IMG/VR virus record: IMGVR_UViG_3300025133_000003
Coordinates: 1-61,044 of that record
Source: a virus
Lineage: Duplodnaviria; Caudoviricetes
DNA: 61,044 nt
Reading direction: 5' to 3' (one strand)
The position numbers and the translations under genes are program-made. Below the pieces are notes generated by a model. The model was not told the DNA's origin. It did not search any database and saw only the letters and a program-made list of their open reading frames with translations. Position 1 is the stretch's first letter; every line of letters starts with the position of its first letter. Shown here piece by piece: positions 44,971 to 53,961 of this stretch.

Positions 44971-46317
44971 TTAGCTCGACTTGCGAAGGAGCATGGACAC
45001 AACCTGGACACCGCTATTCGGTACAACAGCCTCTGGATCGATACGGGGAACGGTCCGGATGATGTTGGCGATGGCCTCGGGGGAGGCCACCCAGGGGTTC
45101 CAGTAGCAGAGCTCAGCCTCCGAGAAGAGCCGGCTCTGCCGCCTGCCTTCGCACCACTCCAGGGCCCGCGGGTCGCACCCCAGCTCCTCCATCCGCGACC
45201 GCCAAGCACGGCGGATGCAGTGGAAGATCCGATTCTCCGTGAAGACCGGCTCGACCCCGGCCCGAATCCAGGCCTGCCGCATGGCCTTGTTGACCGGGGT
45301 TCGCTGGTTCTCGGTGAGCTTGTGACCCTCTCTGCTCGCGGTCTTCTTGGTACGGCAGCCGCCGGGGGTGTGCCGCCCCTTGGTGGGTGCGGCGACGAGG
45401 AACATCGACCCATGCTTCTTCCAGGTCTTGAGCTCCTCCTCCAAGTGGGGGCTGAGCGGGATGAACCTGGGGTTTTCCTTCTCCAGCTGGCTCTTCCCGT
45501 AGACGGGGCCAATCTGGTACTCGCCCCACCGCACGTCGCCCCACCGGATGGCCACGCAGTGCTCCCACCGGAGTCCGGTGTAGCGCATCAGCAGGGCGAC
45601 CCTGTAGGCGATGGTATGGGTGATGTAGCGGTCTGGCTGGAGCTCGGGGAACAGCTTGTCGATCTGCTCGAAGGTCAAGATCGGAGCCTCGACCCTCCCC
45701 TCCCCGTGCCGGACCTTCATCTTGGGCGTGGAGGGCACAGGGGGCGCATCCAGGTGGGGGTACTTGTCGATGACCCACTGGTGGAACGACCGCACCGCGC
45801 CGGTCTTGTTTCGGGTGCTGTTCTTGGTGATGCCCCGGCCCCTCGACCAGTTGACCAGGAGCTTGAGGTTGGCCCAGGTCAAGTCCTCGACTTGGGCGGC
45901 ACGTCCCAGCGCACCCTCGACTACATCGAGGTACTGGCGCAGGTAGATCTTGTACTGGCTTGGGGTGCGGGCGTCGGTGCCCTGGACGAGGTCCTCGTGC
46001 CACTCCGCTGCGAGGTGTCGTAGCTGTCGGTCCAGGCCGACGCCGTCAAACCAGTGCCCGCCGTCTCGTATGGAGCCGATGATCTCGGAGCCCTTGCGCC
46101 GCGCCTCCGTGAAGGAGTCACAGGTTGTGGACTGCTGGCTGCGCTTCTTGCCCTCGACCTTCGGTCGGGTCCAGGTCAGCTTGAAGGGGGCGCCGGTTTC
46201 CTTCTTGTACAGCGTGATGCGACCGAAGCCTTCAGCACGCCAGATCGCCCGAAGTTCGTCCTGCCCGAGGGCAAGGTACGGATCAGGCGCTACGGCTCTT
46301 CCTTTCTGTTTCGCCAT
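44971..46317 (-). CDS. int: Tyrosine recombinase/integrase
   Basis: YTGLR, K, FHCIRR, C-terminal Y; GH box replaced by EGR; start has ACACACCA leader. Confidence 0.85.
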   Translation of the reverse strand: MAKQKGRAVAPDPYLALGQDELRAIWRAEGFGRITLYKKETGAPFKLTWTRPKVEGKKRSQQSTTCDSFTEARRKGSEIIGSIRDGGHWFDGVGLDRQLRHLAAEWHEDLVQGTDARTPSQYKIYLRQYLDVVEGALGRAAQVEDLTWANLKLLVNWSRGRGITKNSTRNKTGAVRSFHQWVIDKYPHLDAPPVPSTPKMKVRHGEGRVEAPILTFEQIDKLFPELQPDRYITHTIAYRVALLMRYTGLRWEHCVAIRWGDVRWGEYQIGPVYGKSQLEKENPRFIPLSPHLEEELKTWKKHGSMFLVAAPTKGRHTPGGCRTKKTASREGHKLTENQRTPVNKAMRQAWIRAGVEPVFTENRIFHCIRRAWRSRMEELGCDPRALEWCEGRRQSRLFSEAELCYWNPWVASPEAIANIIRTVPRIDPEAVVPNSGVQVVSMLLRKSS

Positions 46318-46523
46318 TGGTGTGTCCTTTCGGCCCACTCGTAGAGGCGGTCGATCCGCCACTTGTAGTTGGGCCCGTTCGTGGTTCCGAGGTTCATCCA
46401 CGGCTTATCCGTGTAGTCCTCGGGGGTCGCCAACCGCATCTGCCTGATCGTCTCCCGGCTCACGCCGAGGCACGTGCAGACGTCGTCGGTTGACATCAGT
46501 GGGGTAATAGTATCACTGGTCAT
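46290..46523 (-). CDS. Excisionase-like HTH protein
   Basis: LMSTDDVCTCLGVSRETIRQM; adjacent to integrase. Confidence 0.7.
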   Translation of the reverse strand: MTSDTITPLMSTDDVCTCLGVSRETIRQMRLATPEDYTDKPWMNLGTTNGPNYKWRIDRLYEWAERTHQWRNRKEEP

Positions 46524-46806
46524 TGTTACTCTCCTCCGGTCCATCCAGCCGGTGCATCAGCGCGATGATTTGCGCAGCGACCTCCTCGCCCCAGGCCTTC
46601 TTGCTGGGGGCGACGACGTCGGCGTTCTCGGCGCTGTCGATGACCCGGACCTCGTTGCGGTTGAAGACGCGCAGTCGGGGCGTCCAGCTGGGGTCCAAGA
46701 CCGTGAGGTACTTGTCGTGGTCGATGACGTTCCAGCCCGGGGGCCGGATGACCTCATCGGAGGTCAGGTTGCGCCAGATGACGGTGAGGTCCTTGTTTCG
46801 GCCCAT
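46513..46806 (-). CDS. Hypothetical protein
   Basis: Coupled ORF. Confidence 0.6.
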   Translation of the reverse strand: MGRNKDLTVIWRNLTSDEVIRPPGWNVIDHDKYLTVLDPSWTPRLRVFNRNEVRVIDSAENADVVAPSKKAWGEEVAAQIIALMHRLDGPEESNNDQ

Positions 46807-47003
46807 CAGCCCAGCATCCCGCGCTCGGCCTGGCCCTGGAGCCAGATGGTGCGCTCGAGGACCATCTGGGCGTACTCCAGCAGCTGGTCGTGGTTGATGA
46901 GGTCTTCATCCACCGCGTACCAAGCCATCGAGACGGCCTCCTTGACCTCGGCCTGGGCCCAAATCATCAGGTCCTGGGACAGTTGTCGGGCTTCAGCACT
47001 CAC
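46806..47003 (-). CDS. Hypothetical protein
   Basis: GGAGG SD, GTG start. Confidence 0.55.
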   Translation of the reverse strand: MSAEARQLSQDLMIWAQAEVKEAVSMAWYAVDEDLINHDQLLEYAQMVLERTIWLQGQAERGMLG

Positions 47004-47193
47004 CTTGAATCCTCCATCTCGGGGGGTCGCTCGCGCAGACCCAGCACAGGTTGTTGTCGTCCAGCTCGTCGGGAAGCTTCGGTCTGAGGCATGCGGCGCA
47101 GAGCCGGCACAGACAGACGTCCCCCTCGGCGGCATCAAGCCGCTGTCCACAGCGGGGGCATCCCCTTTGATGGGGACCAGCTGTGAGGTTCAC
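46993..47193 (-). CDS. Small Cys-rich protein
   Basis: CPRC, CRLCAAC, CWVC; GTGA overlap. Confidence 0.5.
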   Translation of the reverse strand: MNLTAGPHQRGCPRCGQRLDAAEGDVCLCRLCAACLRPKLPDELDDNNLCWVCASDPPRWRIQGEC

Positions 47194-47411
47194 GGGTCGT
47201 CCTCGCGCAGCCAGGCCTCGATGGGCACGGCGTTGTCGGTGTAGGTGGCGATCAGGACGGCGGTCCGCAGCTTCGGACCCTCCGGGTTCGCGGAGATCGG
47301 CCGCAGGAGCTGGTTGACCGCGCTGGGGGTCACGCCGATGGCCTCGGCCAGGGTCTTCTGGTCGACGTCGTGGTCGCAGAGCCAGCGCCGGAGCTTGTCT
47401 CGCGCCCTCAT
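47190..47411 (-). CDS. Cro/XRE-like HTH protein
   Basis: DQKTLAEAIGVTPSAVNQLL. Confidence 0.8.
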   Translation of the reverse strand: MRARDKLRRWLCDHDVDQKTLAEAIGVTPSAVNQLLRPISANPEGPKLRTAVLIATYTDNAVPIEAWLREDDP

Positions 47412-47677
47412 GCCGACCCCGCGAGCTCGAGCCGGCGCAGCAGCTCGTTGTAGCTAGCGAGGATGGCGAGCCTGGTGTGGCCCTCGTCCAGGCGGCAGAA
47501 GGTGCGGGTGATCCCGAACCGGGTCGGGGTTCCGTCCGTGGTGACGATGGAGGCCAGATCCATGGCGACGCCCAGAGGCAGCCGCCGCACGCTGATCTCG
47601 TCCAGAAGGTCGGCATCCAGCGTGCCCTCCTCGATGAGCTCGGCCACGACGAACGCAATGTCAGCGACGCGGATCAC
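47408..47677 (-). CDS. Hypothetical protein
   Basis: GTGA/ATGA coupling. Confidence 0.55.
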   Translation of the reverse strand: MIRVADIAFVVAELIEEGTLDADLLDEISVRRLPLGVAMDLASIVTTDGTPTRFGITRTFCRLDEGHTRLAILASYNELLRRLELAGSA

Positions 47678-48114
47678 AGCTCCCACTCCAGGTGGACGTA
47701 GACCCCGGGGCCCTCGCCGCCAGCGGCGTACTGCTTGGTGACGCGGGCGTCCCAAATCAGCTTGTCGTCGCTGATCACGCCGGACTTCTCCAGCGCGTCG
47801 CACGCGGCTTTCAATAGATTGTCGGCGTCCGGCCGCCCGCGGTGAGGCAGGCGCACCATCTCCCGCCGCTTCCAGATGAGCCGACCCGGACGGCTGAACA
47901 GCACGTCGACCCGCACCGCCAGCTGCTGATGCGGCATGGGGGGAGCCTCCGGCGGGGCGGCGGCCCAGCTGGAGCGGATGGTCCAGGCGGCATCGGCCTC
48001 CCAGGTCGCCGTCTTCTTGGGCGTGTACGCCCGCACGGCACCGTTACGAGCGGTGACGCGAGGTCGGCCCTTGCCCACGGGGGCGCCAGGAATGAAGCAG
48101 CTCCAGGTCGGCAT
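47674..48114 (-). CDS. rusA: RusA Holliday junction resolvase
   Basis: GKGRPR, YTPKKT, PDADNLLKAACDAL, DD motifs. Confidence 0.9.
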   Translation of the reverse strand: MPTWSCFIPGAPVGKGRPRVTARNGAVRAYTPKKTATWEADAAWTIRSSWAAAPPEAPPMPHQQLAVRVDVLFSRPGRLIWKRREMVRLPHRGRPDADNLLKAACDALEKSGVISDDKLIWDARVTKQYAAGGEGPGVYVHLEWEL

Positions 48115-48347
48115 CAGTCTCTCGGGTTCTCGTAGGCCCACGTCTCGTGGTCGGATTCCCAGTCAGGGACGGGCGGCTTGGGCCGCATGGCTCTGGCGAC
48201 GTCGGGGTTGTGGCGTTGGATGAGCCGGCACCCCTTGCAGTAGCCGGTCTCAGTCAGCCGACCGTGCGTCCAGCAGGCTTTGCACTCGCAGTTGCACAGG
48301 TCGGTGCGGACTCCGCAGAGCCCACAGGTGGTGTCGCTCAGCGCCAT
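48114..48347 (-). CDS. Small Cys-rich protein
   Basis: Several CxxC motifs. Confidence 0.55.
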   Translation of the reverse strand: MALSDTTCGLCGVRTDLCNCECKACWTHGRLTETGYCKGCRLIQRHNPDVARAMRPKPPVPDWESDHETWAYENPRD

Positions 48348-48886
48348 CGGATGGAGTTCTTCTGGACGAGGCGGAAGCCCAGGGGCCAGTCCTCCTGGGG
48401 GACGCTCTTGAGTACGGCCTTGGCCGCGGCCTTGTCCTTGCGGGGAACCGTCTCCAGCCAGCCCTGATCCCGCCACGCGTTCAGGTCGTCTTCGGGTCCC
48501 TGGATCGAGGAGCTGGTCCCGATCCAGTAGGTGTGTCGTGGCGTGCGGATCCGCTCGTCTCCGCTGATCGCGGACAGCCCCTTGTAGATCCCGAACATGA
48601 AGTCCCGGACCCGGGTCTGGCCCTTGGAGGCGGCGCGGATCTTGTTGTTCAGCAGGTCCCGCTCATCCTTGAGCAAGGCCTCCTCGTACTTGAGGCGCTG
48701 GGCGACGGCCCGCAGAGCGTCCAACCGATCGGGGCCCTCGCCCTCGATCAGGTCCATCAGCTCGTGGATCTGCTCCTCGATCCCAGGACGCTCCTCCTCG
48801 AGGGAGGCCTCCCAGAGCTCGCCCAGGTACAGCAGCTTGTGCGTGGCCTCGACGAGGTCCCAGCTCGTGGTGTGGGTCTCCTTCAT
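48338..48886 (-). CDS. Gp157/Gam-like protein
   Basis: Coiled coil, DKAAAKAVLK..GFRLVQKNSIRWR C-terminus. Confidence 0.7.
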   Translation of the reverse strand: MKETHTTSWDLVEATHKLLYLGELWEASLEEERPGIEEQIHELMDLIEGEGPDRLDALRAVAQRLKYEEALLKDERDLLNNKIRAASKGQTRVRDFMFGIYKGLSAISGDERIRTPRHTYWIGTSSSIQGPEDDLNAWRDQGWLETVPRKDKAAAKAVLKSVPQEDWPLGFRLVQKNSIRWR

Positions 48887-48888
48887 GG

Positions 48889-49308
48889 CTAGAAGGGGAT
48901 CGTTTCGTTCTTGTCGAACTTGGGCTCGGGGCTGTTGTTGGGCTCGCCCCACCCCCCGTCATCGGACGGGCGCTGCTGCTGGCCGACCTTCCCCTTGGGG
49001 AGGAACACGGCCTCGCGGGCGTGGATCTCGGCGTCGGTGCGCTTGCCGCCGTCCCGGGTCTCCCAGGTGCGGTAGCGGAGCTGGCCCTCGATGTAGACCT
49101 GATCGCCGCGGTTGACGATCCGACCGGTGATCTCGGCCAACTTGTCCCACAGGACGATGGAGTGCCAGTCGGTCTCCTTGTTGTCGCCCCACCCGGAGTC
49201 GGTCGCGACGCGCAGCTTGCACACCGCCTTGCCGCTCTTGGTGGCTCGCATCTCAGGGTCCTGGCCGACTCGGCCGAGGATGACGATCTTGTTCGCGCTG
49301 TACGCCAC
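48889..49308 (-). CDS. ssb: Single-stranded DNA-binding protein
   Basis: NKIVILGRVGQDPE, TDWH, C-terminal IPF. Confidence 0.95.
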   Translation of the reverse strand: MAYSANKIVILGRVGQDPEMRATKSGKAVCKLRVATDSGWGDNKETDWHSIVLWDKLAEITGRIVNRGDQVYIEGQLRYRTWETRDGGKRTDAEIHAREAVFLPKGKVGQQQRPSDDGGWGEPNNSPEPKFDKNETIPF

Positions 49309-50030
49309 TAGCTCTGCTCCATTGCGGCGGCCCTCGCCGCCTCGAGAACGGCGTCGGAATCCACGGCCGCGTCCAATCGCGTCCGCAGCTCTTCAGCCAG
49401 AAGTTGGCAGTCGGCCTCGTTGCCGCTGACGGAGGTCCAGCCCCCGTAGACGGGGGTCCCATCGGGCTTCCGCATCAGGTCCGCGATGACGGCGTCGCCA
49501 TCGGCCTGGTCGGCGCAGCCCGTCTCCTTGAGGAGGCCGCGGAGCTTCGCGGTCCAGGGGTAGGGATGATCCGGCTTCGCCTGGGAAACCTCCCGGGCGG
49601 GGCTCGCGGTGGTGACCGGCCGGCCCTGGGCGGCGTTGCCGTCATCGTCATCGTCACCGACGATCCCGACCATGGCGCACAGGGCATAACGGCGAAGGTA
49701 AGAAATTCCGGATCCCACCTCCTGGGGCCGGCTCCCGGCCTTGCAGCTCAACGAGCTGCTGATCTGCTCGTTGCCGTAGGCCAGGACGGTCTCAACCGTT
49801 ACCAGCCCGTCAGCAAAGGACGGCTTCTGGATGATGGCCACGCCATGCTTGCCCAGCACCGGCCGCACGGCCCGGAGGCAGGCTCCGAGCGTGGCGAACT
49901 TGCTCCTGAAGTGAGGGTTCTGGCCGTCCAGGTCGGGGTTGACCAGCTCGGCCTGGGCCTTGGCCAGCGCCCCCGCGAGGCCCCCACTGATGGGGATCGG
50001 GAGGGGGCTATCGGTCATCGGATCCATCAT
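49308..50030 (-). CDS. erf: ERF-family single-strand annealing protein
   Basis: NPHFRSKFATL, PQEVGSGISYLRRYAL, DDDGN. Confidence 0.92.
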   Translation of the reverse strand: MMDPMTDSPLPIPISGGLAGALAKAQAELVNPDLDGQNPHFRSKFATLGACLRAVRPVLGKHGVAIIQKPSFADGLVTVETVLAYGNEQISSSLSCKAGSRPQEVGSGISYLRRYALCAMVGIVGDDDDDGNAAQGRPVTTASPAREVSQAKPDHPYPWTAKLRGLLKETGCADQADGDAVIADLMRKPDGTPVYGGWTSVSGNEADCQLLAEELRTRLDAAVDSDAVLEAARAAAMEQS

Positions 50031-50205
50031 CAAGAAACTCCTCGACCGTCTTCTGCAGACGGATCAGGTTCAGCAGCAGCTCTCGCCTGGCTTCGGTCAG
50101 GTTGGTGCGTCCGGTCTCGCCCTCGCAGAAGGCGACGGCGCACTCGCGGTACTGGTCGATCGCGGCACGGCCGCACCAGGCCGCGTCCCGAAGGGCTTCA
50201 GTCAT
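50008..50205 (-). CDS. Hypothetical protein
   Basis: Coupled ORF. Confidence 0.5.
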   Translation of the reverse strand: MTEALRDAAWCGRAAIDQYRECAVAFCEGETGRTNLTEARRELLLNLIRLQKTVEEFLDDGSDDR

Positions 50206-50509
50206 TGGAGACGTCACCGAACAGCTCGATGCGCAGCGCGCCCTCGGACTCGGCCACGACGTATCCGCTGTGGCCGGCGCCACCGACGGCGACCCCGTCG
50301 GGCCGCAGGTAGGCGTCCGTCTTCAGGAGCAGGCGCACCGGCTCCTCGCAGGAGTCGATGCGGGCCATCGTGAACCCCTCCTTGAGGAGGAGCTCGCGGG
50401 CCTTCAGCAGCAGGTCGCAAAGGCGGACCGACGGGGCCGATCCCTTGATGGGCTCAGCGAGGATCCAGTTGTGCAGATGGAGATCCATCAGCGCATCGCG
50501 CGGTGTCAT
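50198..50509 (-). CDS. Hypothetical protein
   Basis: GGAGG SD; first gene of the recombination operon. Confidence 0.6.
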   Translation of the reverse strand: MTPRDALMDLHLHNWILAEPIKGSAPSVRLCDLLLKARELLLKEGFTMARIDSCEEPVRLLLKTDAYLRPDGVAVGGAGHSGYVVAESEGALRIELFGDVSND

Positions 50510-50684
50510 TCAGCCTCCCCAGGCCTCGCTCTCCAGCGGCGAGGTGATGAGGTACTATCTGGTCGCTGATAACCGCCACAAGCATTTGATAAGGAAAAGA
50601 TACTGCCAAGACACAAACGACCCCGGCAGGACTTACGAAAACACCCCCGATTCTCACCAAGAATCACTGGAGTATGCGCATCCC

Positions 50685-51134
50685 ATGATCGACATGACGT
50701 CGTCATCCCGAGGCTCCCGACAGCTGCGAGAGTGGCTGGCCCTCACCGATACCCCCACCCAGCGCGAGCTAGCGCGGCTGGTCCCGGGGCTGTCGCAGCC
50801 GATGATCAGCCGCCATGCCACGGTGGGCCGTCCGACCCTTCGTGCGGCGGTGGTCTATCGGGAGCTGGTGGGGGTCGACCCCCTGGACTGGTTGACCGCG
50901 GAGGACCGTGCTCGCTGTCAGGAGCTGCGGTCCCGCTTCGCGGCTGAGAGTGCTGGTGCTTTGGAGCAGGCCGTGGCGCATCTGGCCGATGCGCTGGCGC
51001 TGGTTCGTGGTGTGCGTCGCGCTGGCGGCGAACACGAGGGTCTGCTCCGCTCTGCGGAGAACACCCTCCTGGCCGCCACTACCGATCTGAAGTGGGTGGT
51101 GGTGGAGGAGCGGAACTCCCCCACCACCGGTTGA
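50685..51134 (+). CDS. HTH regulator, divergent from the recombination operon
   Basis: TQRELARLV.GLSQPMISR. Confidence 0.65.
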   Translation: MIDMTSSSRGSRQLREWLALTDTPTQRELARLVPGLSQPMISRHATVGRPTLRAAVVYRELVGVDPLDWLTAEDRARCQELRSRFAAESAGALEQAVAHLADALALVRGVRRAGGEHEGLLRSAENTLLAATTDLKWVVVEERNSPTTG

Positions 51135-51135
51135 C

Positions 51136-51942
51136 CTACTCGTCTTCCTCTTCGCCTTCCATTAGGTCGTGCTCGTCGGGGTCGACCTCCGCGAAGCGCC
51201 CGACTGTCGTCGGGTACCAGGCCTTGGCCTCCCCGAGCGGAGCGATCCCTTCCTTGTTGAGGATCTCGATGATCCTCTCCAGGCCGATCGCGCCTTGCTG
51301 CCCCTTCTCGGTCTTGCGCCCCCCCCAGAGCTCCTGAATCCGTCGGGCTGCGAACAGTCCCTCGTGGGTCCAGACGACCTTGCCGCCTTGGACTGTCTTG
51401 CCGGCCGGCTTCTTGCCCCCGGTGTACAGCTTCTGACGTCTCATCCTGGCCTTCGTAGCCTTCGCGCGGGTCTTGGCCACTGTCCTGAAGTAGGCGGCGA
51501 AGCCGACCTGCATCCAGCGGATCAGCTCGCCCTCCGGGGACCCGTCGTTGCCTCCGGGTTCAGTGGCTGAGATCAGCCGACACTCATTCGTCGTGACGAT
51601 CAGCTGCTCCAGGCCCACGAAGATTGCCGGGGACCTGGCCAGCCGAGAGAAGTCGTAGACGATGAGGACGTCCCCCGGTGTCAGCCGGGAGAGCGCATCG
51701 ATGAGTCCTGGCCGCTCTGCTGGTTCGAGCCCGCCTGACTTCCCCCGATCCTCGAAGGTGAGGATCTCCGTCAGGCCTAGCTCTCTTGCAGCACGGCTGC
51801 ACTCATCTCGTTGATGGTCGATCGAGACGCCACCCCCCCTTTTGTGACGTGACTCTCGCAGGTAGGCGATAGCTTTGGGCTTCATTTGGCCCATCCCATC
51901 GTCATTTGCCGCGTCTTGCTGCGACTTGCTTGAGACAGCCAT
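51136..51942 (-). CDS. Serine recombinase (resolvase/invertase family)
   Basis: AYLRES, DRGKSG, RPGL, DVLIVYDFSRLARS. Confidence 0.9.
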   Translation of the reverse strand: MAVSSKSQQDAANDDGMGQMKPKAIAYLRESRHKRGGGVSIDHQRDECSRAARELGLTEILTFEDRGKSGGLEPAERPGLIDALSRLTPGDVLIVYDFSRLARSPAIFVGLEQLIVTTNECRLISATEPGGNDGSPEGELIRWMQVGFAAYFRTVAKTRAKATKARMRRQKLYTGGKKPAGKTVQGGKVVWTHEGLFAARRIQELWGGRKTEKGQQGAIGLERIIEILNKEGIAPLGEAKAWYPTTVGRFAEVDPDEHDLMEGEEEDE

Positions 51943-52688
51943 CAGGAAGCCCTCCTGGCGGCGGCCGCCCGCCGCCGGAAAGCCTCCACCCGATCCATGT
52001 CGAGCTTCATCTTGGTGCCCTTGCAGTCCGGACACACCGCCTTGTCGAAACAAGACTGGTGGTGTCGCGAGCCGTTGGGTCCCAGGACGAACTTGACCAG
52101 GGCTGAGCGCGCGGAAGAAGGGGAGTGGATGCGGTCGTAACCGCCCCACTTCCCGCCGCACTCCCCACCCATGGGGATCCCGTCGCAACGGCCATAGGAG
52201 ACCCCACTGCCCCAGCACGTAGTGCAGCGGATCTCTCCGCGGCCATCGCACCGGCAACACTGGAACCACCCGCCCGCGCCGCACGACGGACAGCAAGCGG
52301 CCTCGGCCAGCTCCAGCTGGTGGAGCAGAGCACTGCCTTCCCGGCCGTCCAGGTGCCGAACCCGCACGAAGGACTCGAGGTCCTCGTTGAGCTCGGCATC
52401 CTCCAGCAGGACCACCGGCTCCCGCACCTCGATGGTGCAGCAGCCGGTGGGATCGGCGTAGGCAATCACCTCAGTCCCGGCTTCCACCAGGACTCGGGCG
52501 GTGCCTTTGCAGACCCGGCAGTCGGTCTTGCCCGTCGCCTTGCAGTTGGGGCAGTCGGCCGCGCCCTCGTTGCAGGACTTGTTCTCGCAGGGAAGCTCCA
52601 CCTCTGCCCTCTCGAGCAGGGTGACGGCGTCGATCTGCTTGAACCCACCCAGCTTGGGGCACTCGCACGGAACCGTGAGGCCGCTCAT
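51942..52688 (-). CDS. DnaJ-type Cys-rich zinc-finger repeat protein
   Basis: Many CxxCxGxG repeats. Confidence 0.75.
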   Translation of the reverse strand: MSGLTVPCECPKLGGFKQIDAVTLLERAEVELPCENKSCNEGAADCPNCKATGKTDCRVCKGTARVLVEAGTEVIAYADPTGCCTIEVREPVVLLEDAELNEDLESFVRVRHLDGREGSALLHQLELAEAACCPSCGAGGWFQCCRCDGRGEIRCTTCWGSGVSYGRCDGIPMGGECGGKWGGYDRIHSPSSARSALVKFVLGPNGSRHHQSCFDKAVCPDCKGTKMKLDMDRVEAFRRRAAAARRAS

Positions 52689-53545
52689 CGGATCGCCGCC
52701 GCGGCCCGAGCTCGGCTCTGGCCATGGGTCGGGAAGATCACGACCAGGGGCTTGGCCCGAGGCGCAACGACCTTGCGTTTCCCAGTCCGGCCGAAACAGA
52801 GCGCGCAGTCGGCACAGCCGACCCGAGGCTCTTCACGCAGCCGCTCAGCAATCGTGGCAGGGCACGGAGCCGCATCGGCGTCGATGCCCTGGCGAGCCAG
52901 GTTGGCCTCGACGCCCTGCTTGACGACCGCGGCCTGCCGGGGGGTGAAGAACCCCTCATCAACCGCCACGCTGTACGCCACGTAGGACCAGTCCTCGCGG
53001 ACGGCCCGAAGAACGTCCGAGAGCTTGGTCACCGAGGCGAGCAGCGTGAAGTTGTCAGGCGCGCAGTCCCGAGCCGATCGGGCCAGCGTCGTGAACGGGA
53101 GGTGGGTGTACTTCCACCCCCGCAGGTCGGGCCGCTTGATGGCACCGGCTACGAGGGAGGCGAGGTACAGCGCCCCCTGCTCATCCGCCGCGTCTCCCGC
53201 GATGTCAGCGCGGAAGCGCGTCGGGCGCCGTCGCGTCGAGAAAGGGAGCCCGAGGATCCACTCGAACGGATCGAAGGTCATGCCTCCGGCCCGCTCGCTG
53301 TGGATCCTGTCGTTCCCCTCTTCGCCGTAGCAACCGTTACCCAGGAACGCGCAGTCCCCAGGACATGTGTCACCCACCTTGCGATAGGTGGTGAACAGGC
53401 GCGTCCCGAAGGCCCGCAGCTTGGCAGTCAGCTTCTTGTTCGCAGTCGGTCCCTGCGACCCGAAGCCGGACACCTCGGGGACGATCGCCCCAGCGAGGAT
53501 CAGGCTGACGAGGAACAGGAACCGAATTCGTGTGGTGTGGTTCAT
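52685..53545 (-). CDS. Cys-rich, radical-SAM-like / Gp88-like phage protein
   Basis: TCPGDC..GCY, R..AGD, YTH, CPA, CADCALC, F.THG motifs. Confidence 0.55.
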   Translation of the reverse strand: MNHTTRIRFLFLVSLILAGAIVPEVSGFGSQGPTANKKLTAKLRAFGTRLFTTYRKVGDTCPGDCAFLGNGCYGEEGNDRIHSERAGGMTFDPFEWILGLPFSTRRRPTRFRADIAGDAADEQGALYLASLVAGAIKRPDLRGWKYTHLPFTTLARSARDCAPDNFTLLASVTKLSDVLRAVREDWSYVAYSVAVDEGFFTPRQAAVVKQGVEANLARQGIDADAAPCPATIAERLREEPRVGCADCALCFGRTGKRKVVAPRAKPLVVIFPTHGQSRARAAAAIR

Positions 53546-53662
53546 GGTCTTTCTCCATGTTTGTGGTGGTGGAGCTCGAGGTGCAGAACGCACCCCGACG
53601 AACTCCTGAAAGCAGGCGAACGCACGGGTGCATCCGCCTGCTTGTCAGCAGACCGTCAGGTC
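53546..53662 (-). promoter_or_regulatory. Divergent hairpin element E13
   Basis: CACCAC leader; AAGCAGGCG..CGCCTGCTT stem with minus-strand G-U pairs; CAGGT boundary. Confidence 0.55.
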
Positions 53663-53682
53663 GTTGGGTTGTTGGGGGTGGG

Positions 53683-53961
53683 CTAGATGGTGACGGTGAT
53701 CGCGGCGATCACGTTCTCCACCTTCAGGCCCATGCGGAGGGACGAGTCGGCTTGTTCAGCCCACTTGACCCAGTCACGAAGGCGGGGGCTCAGCTCCCAC
53801 GAGGCGGCACGAGCCAGCACCCGGACGAACTTGTCGAACTTCTCGACGTCGTCCTGGGCGCCGCGCAGCGTGCCGTACTTTGTGCGCGCCTCGTCGGTCT
53901 CCCGCTTGGTGTTGGAGTGGATGGCCCGAGCTCCATCGAAGCGGTCGTATGACGTGGTCAT
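53683..53961 (-). CDS. Hypothetical protein
   Basis: ATGA overlap with methyltransferase. Confidence 0.6.
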   Translation of the reverse strand: MTTSYDRFDGARAIHSNTKRETDEARTKYGTLRGAQDDVEKFDKFVRVLARAASWELSPRLRDWVKWAEQADSSLRMGLKVENVIAAITVTI

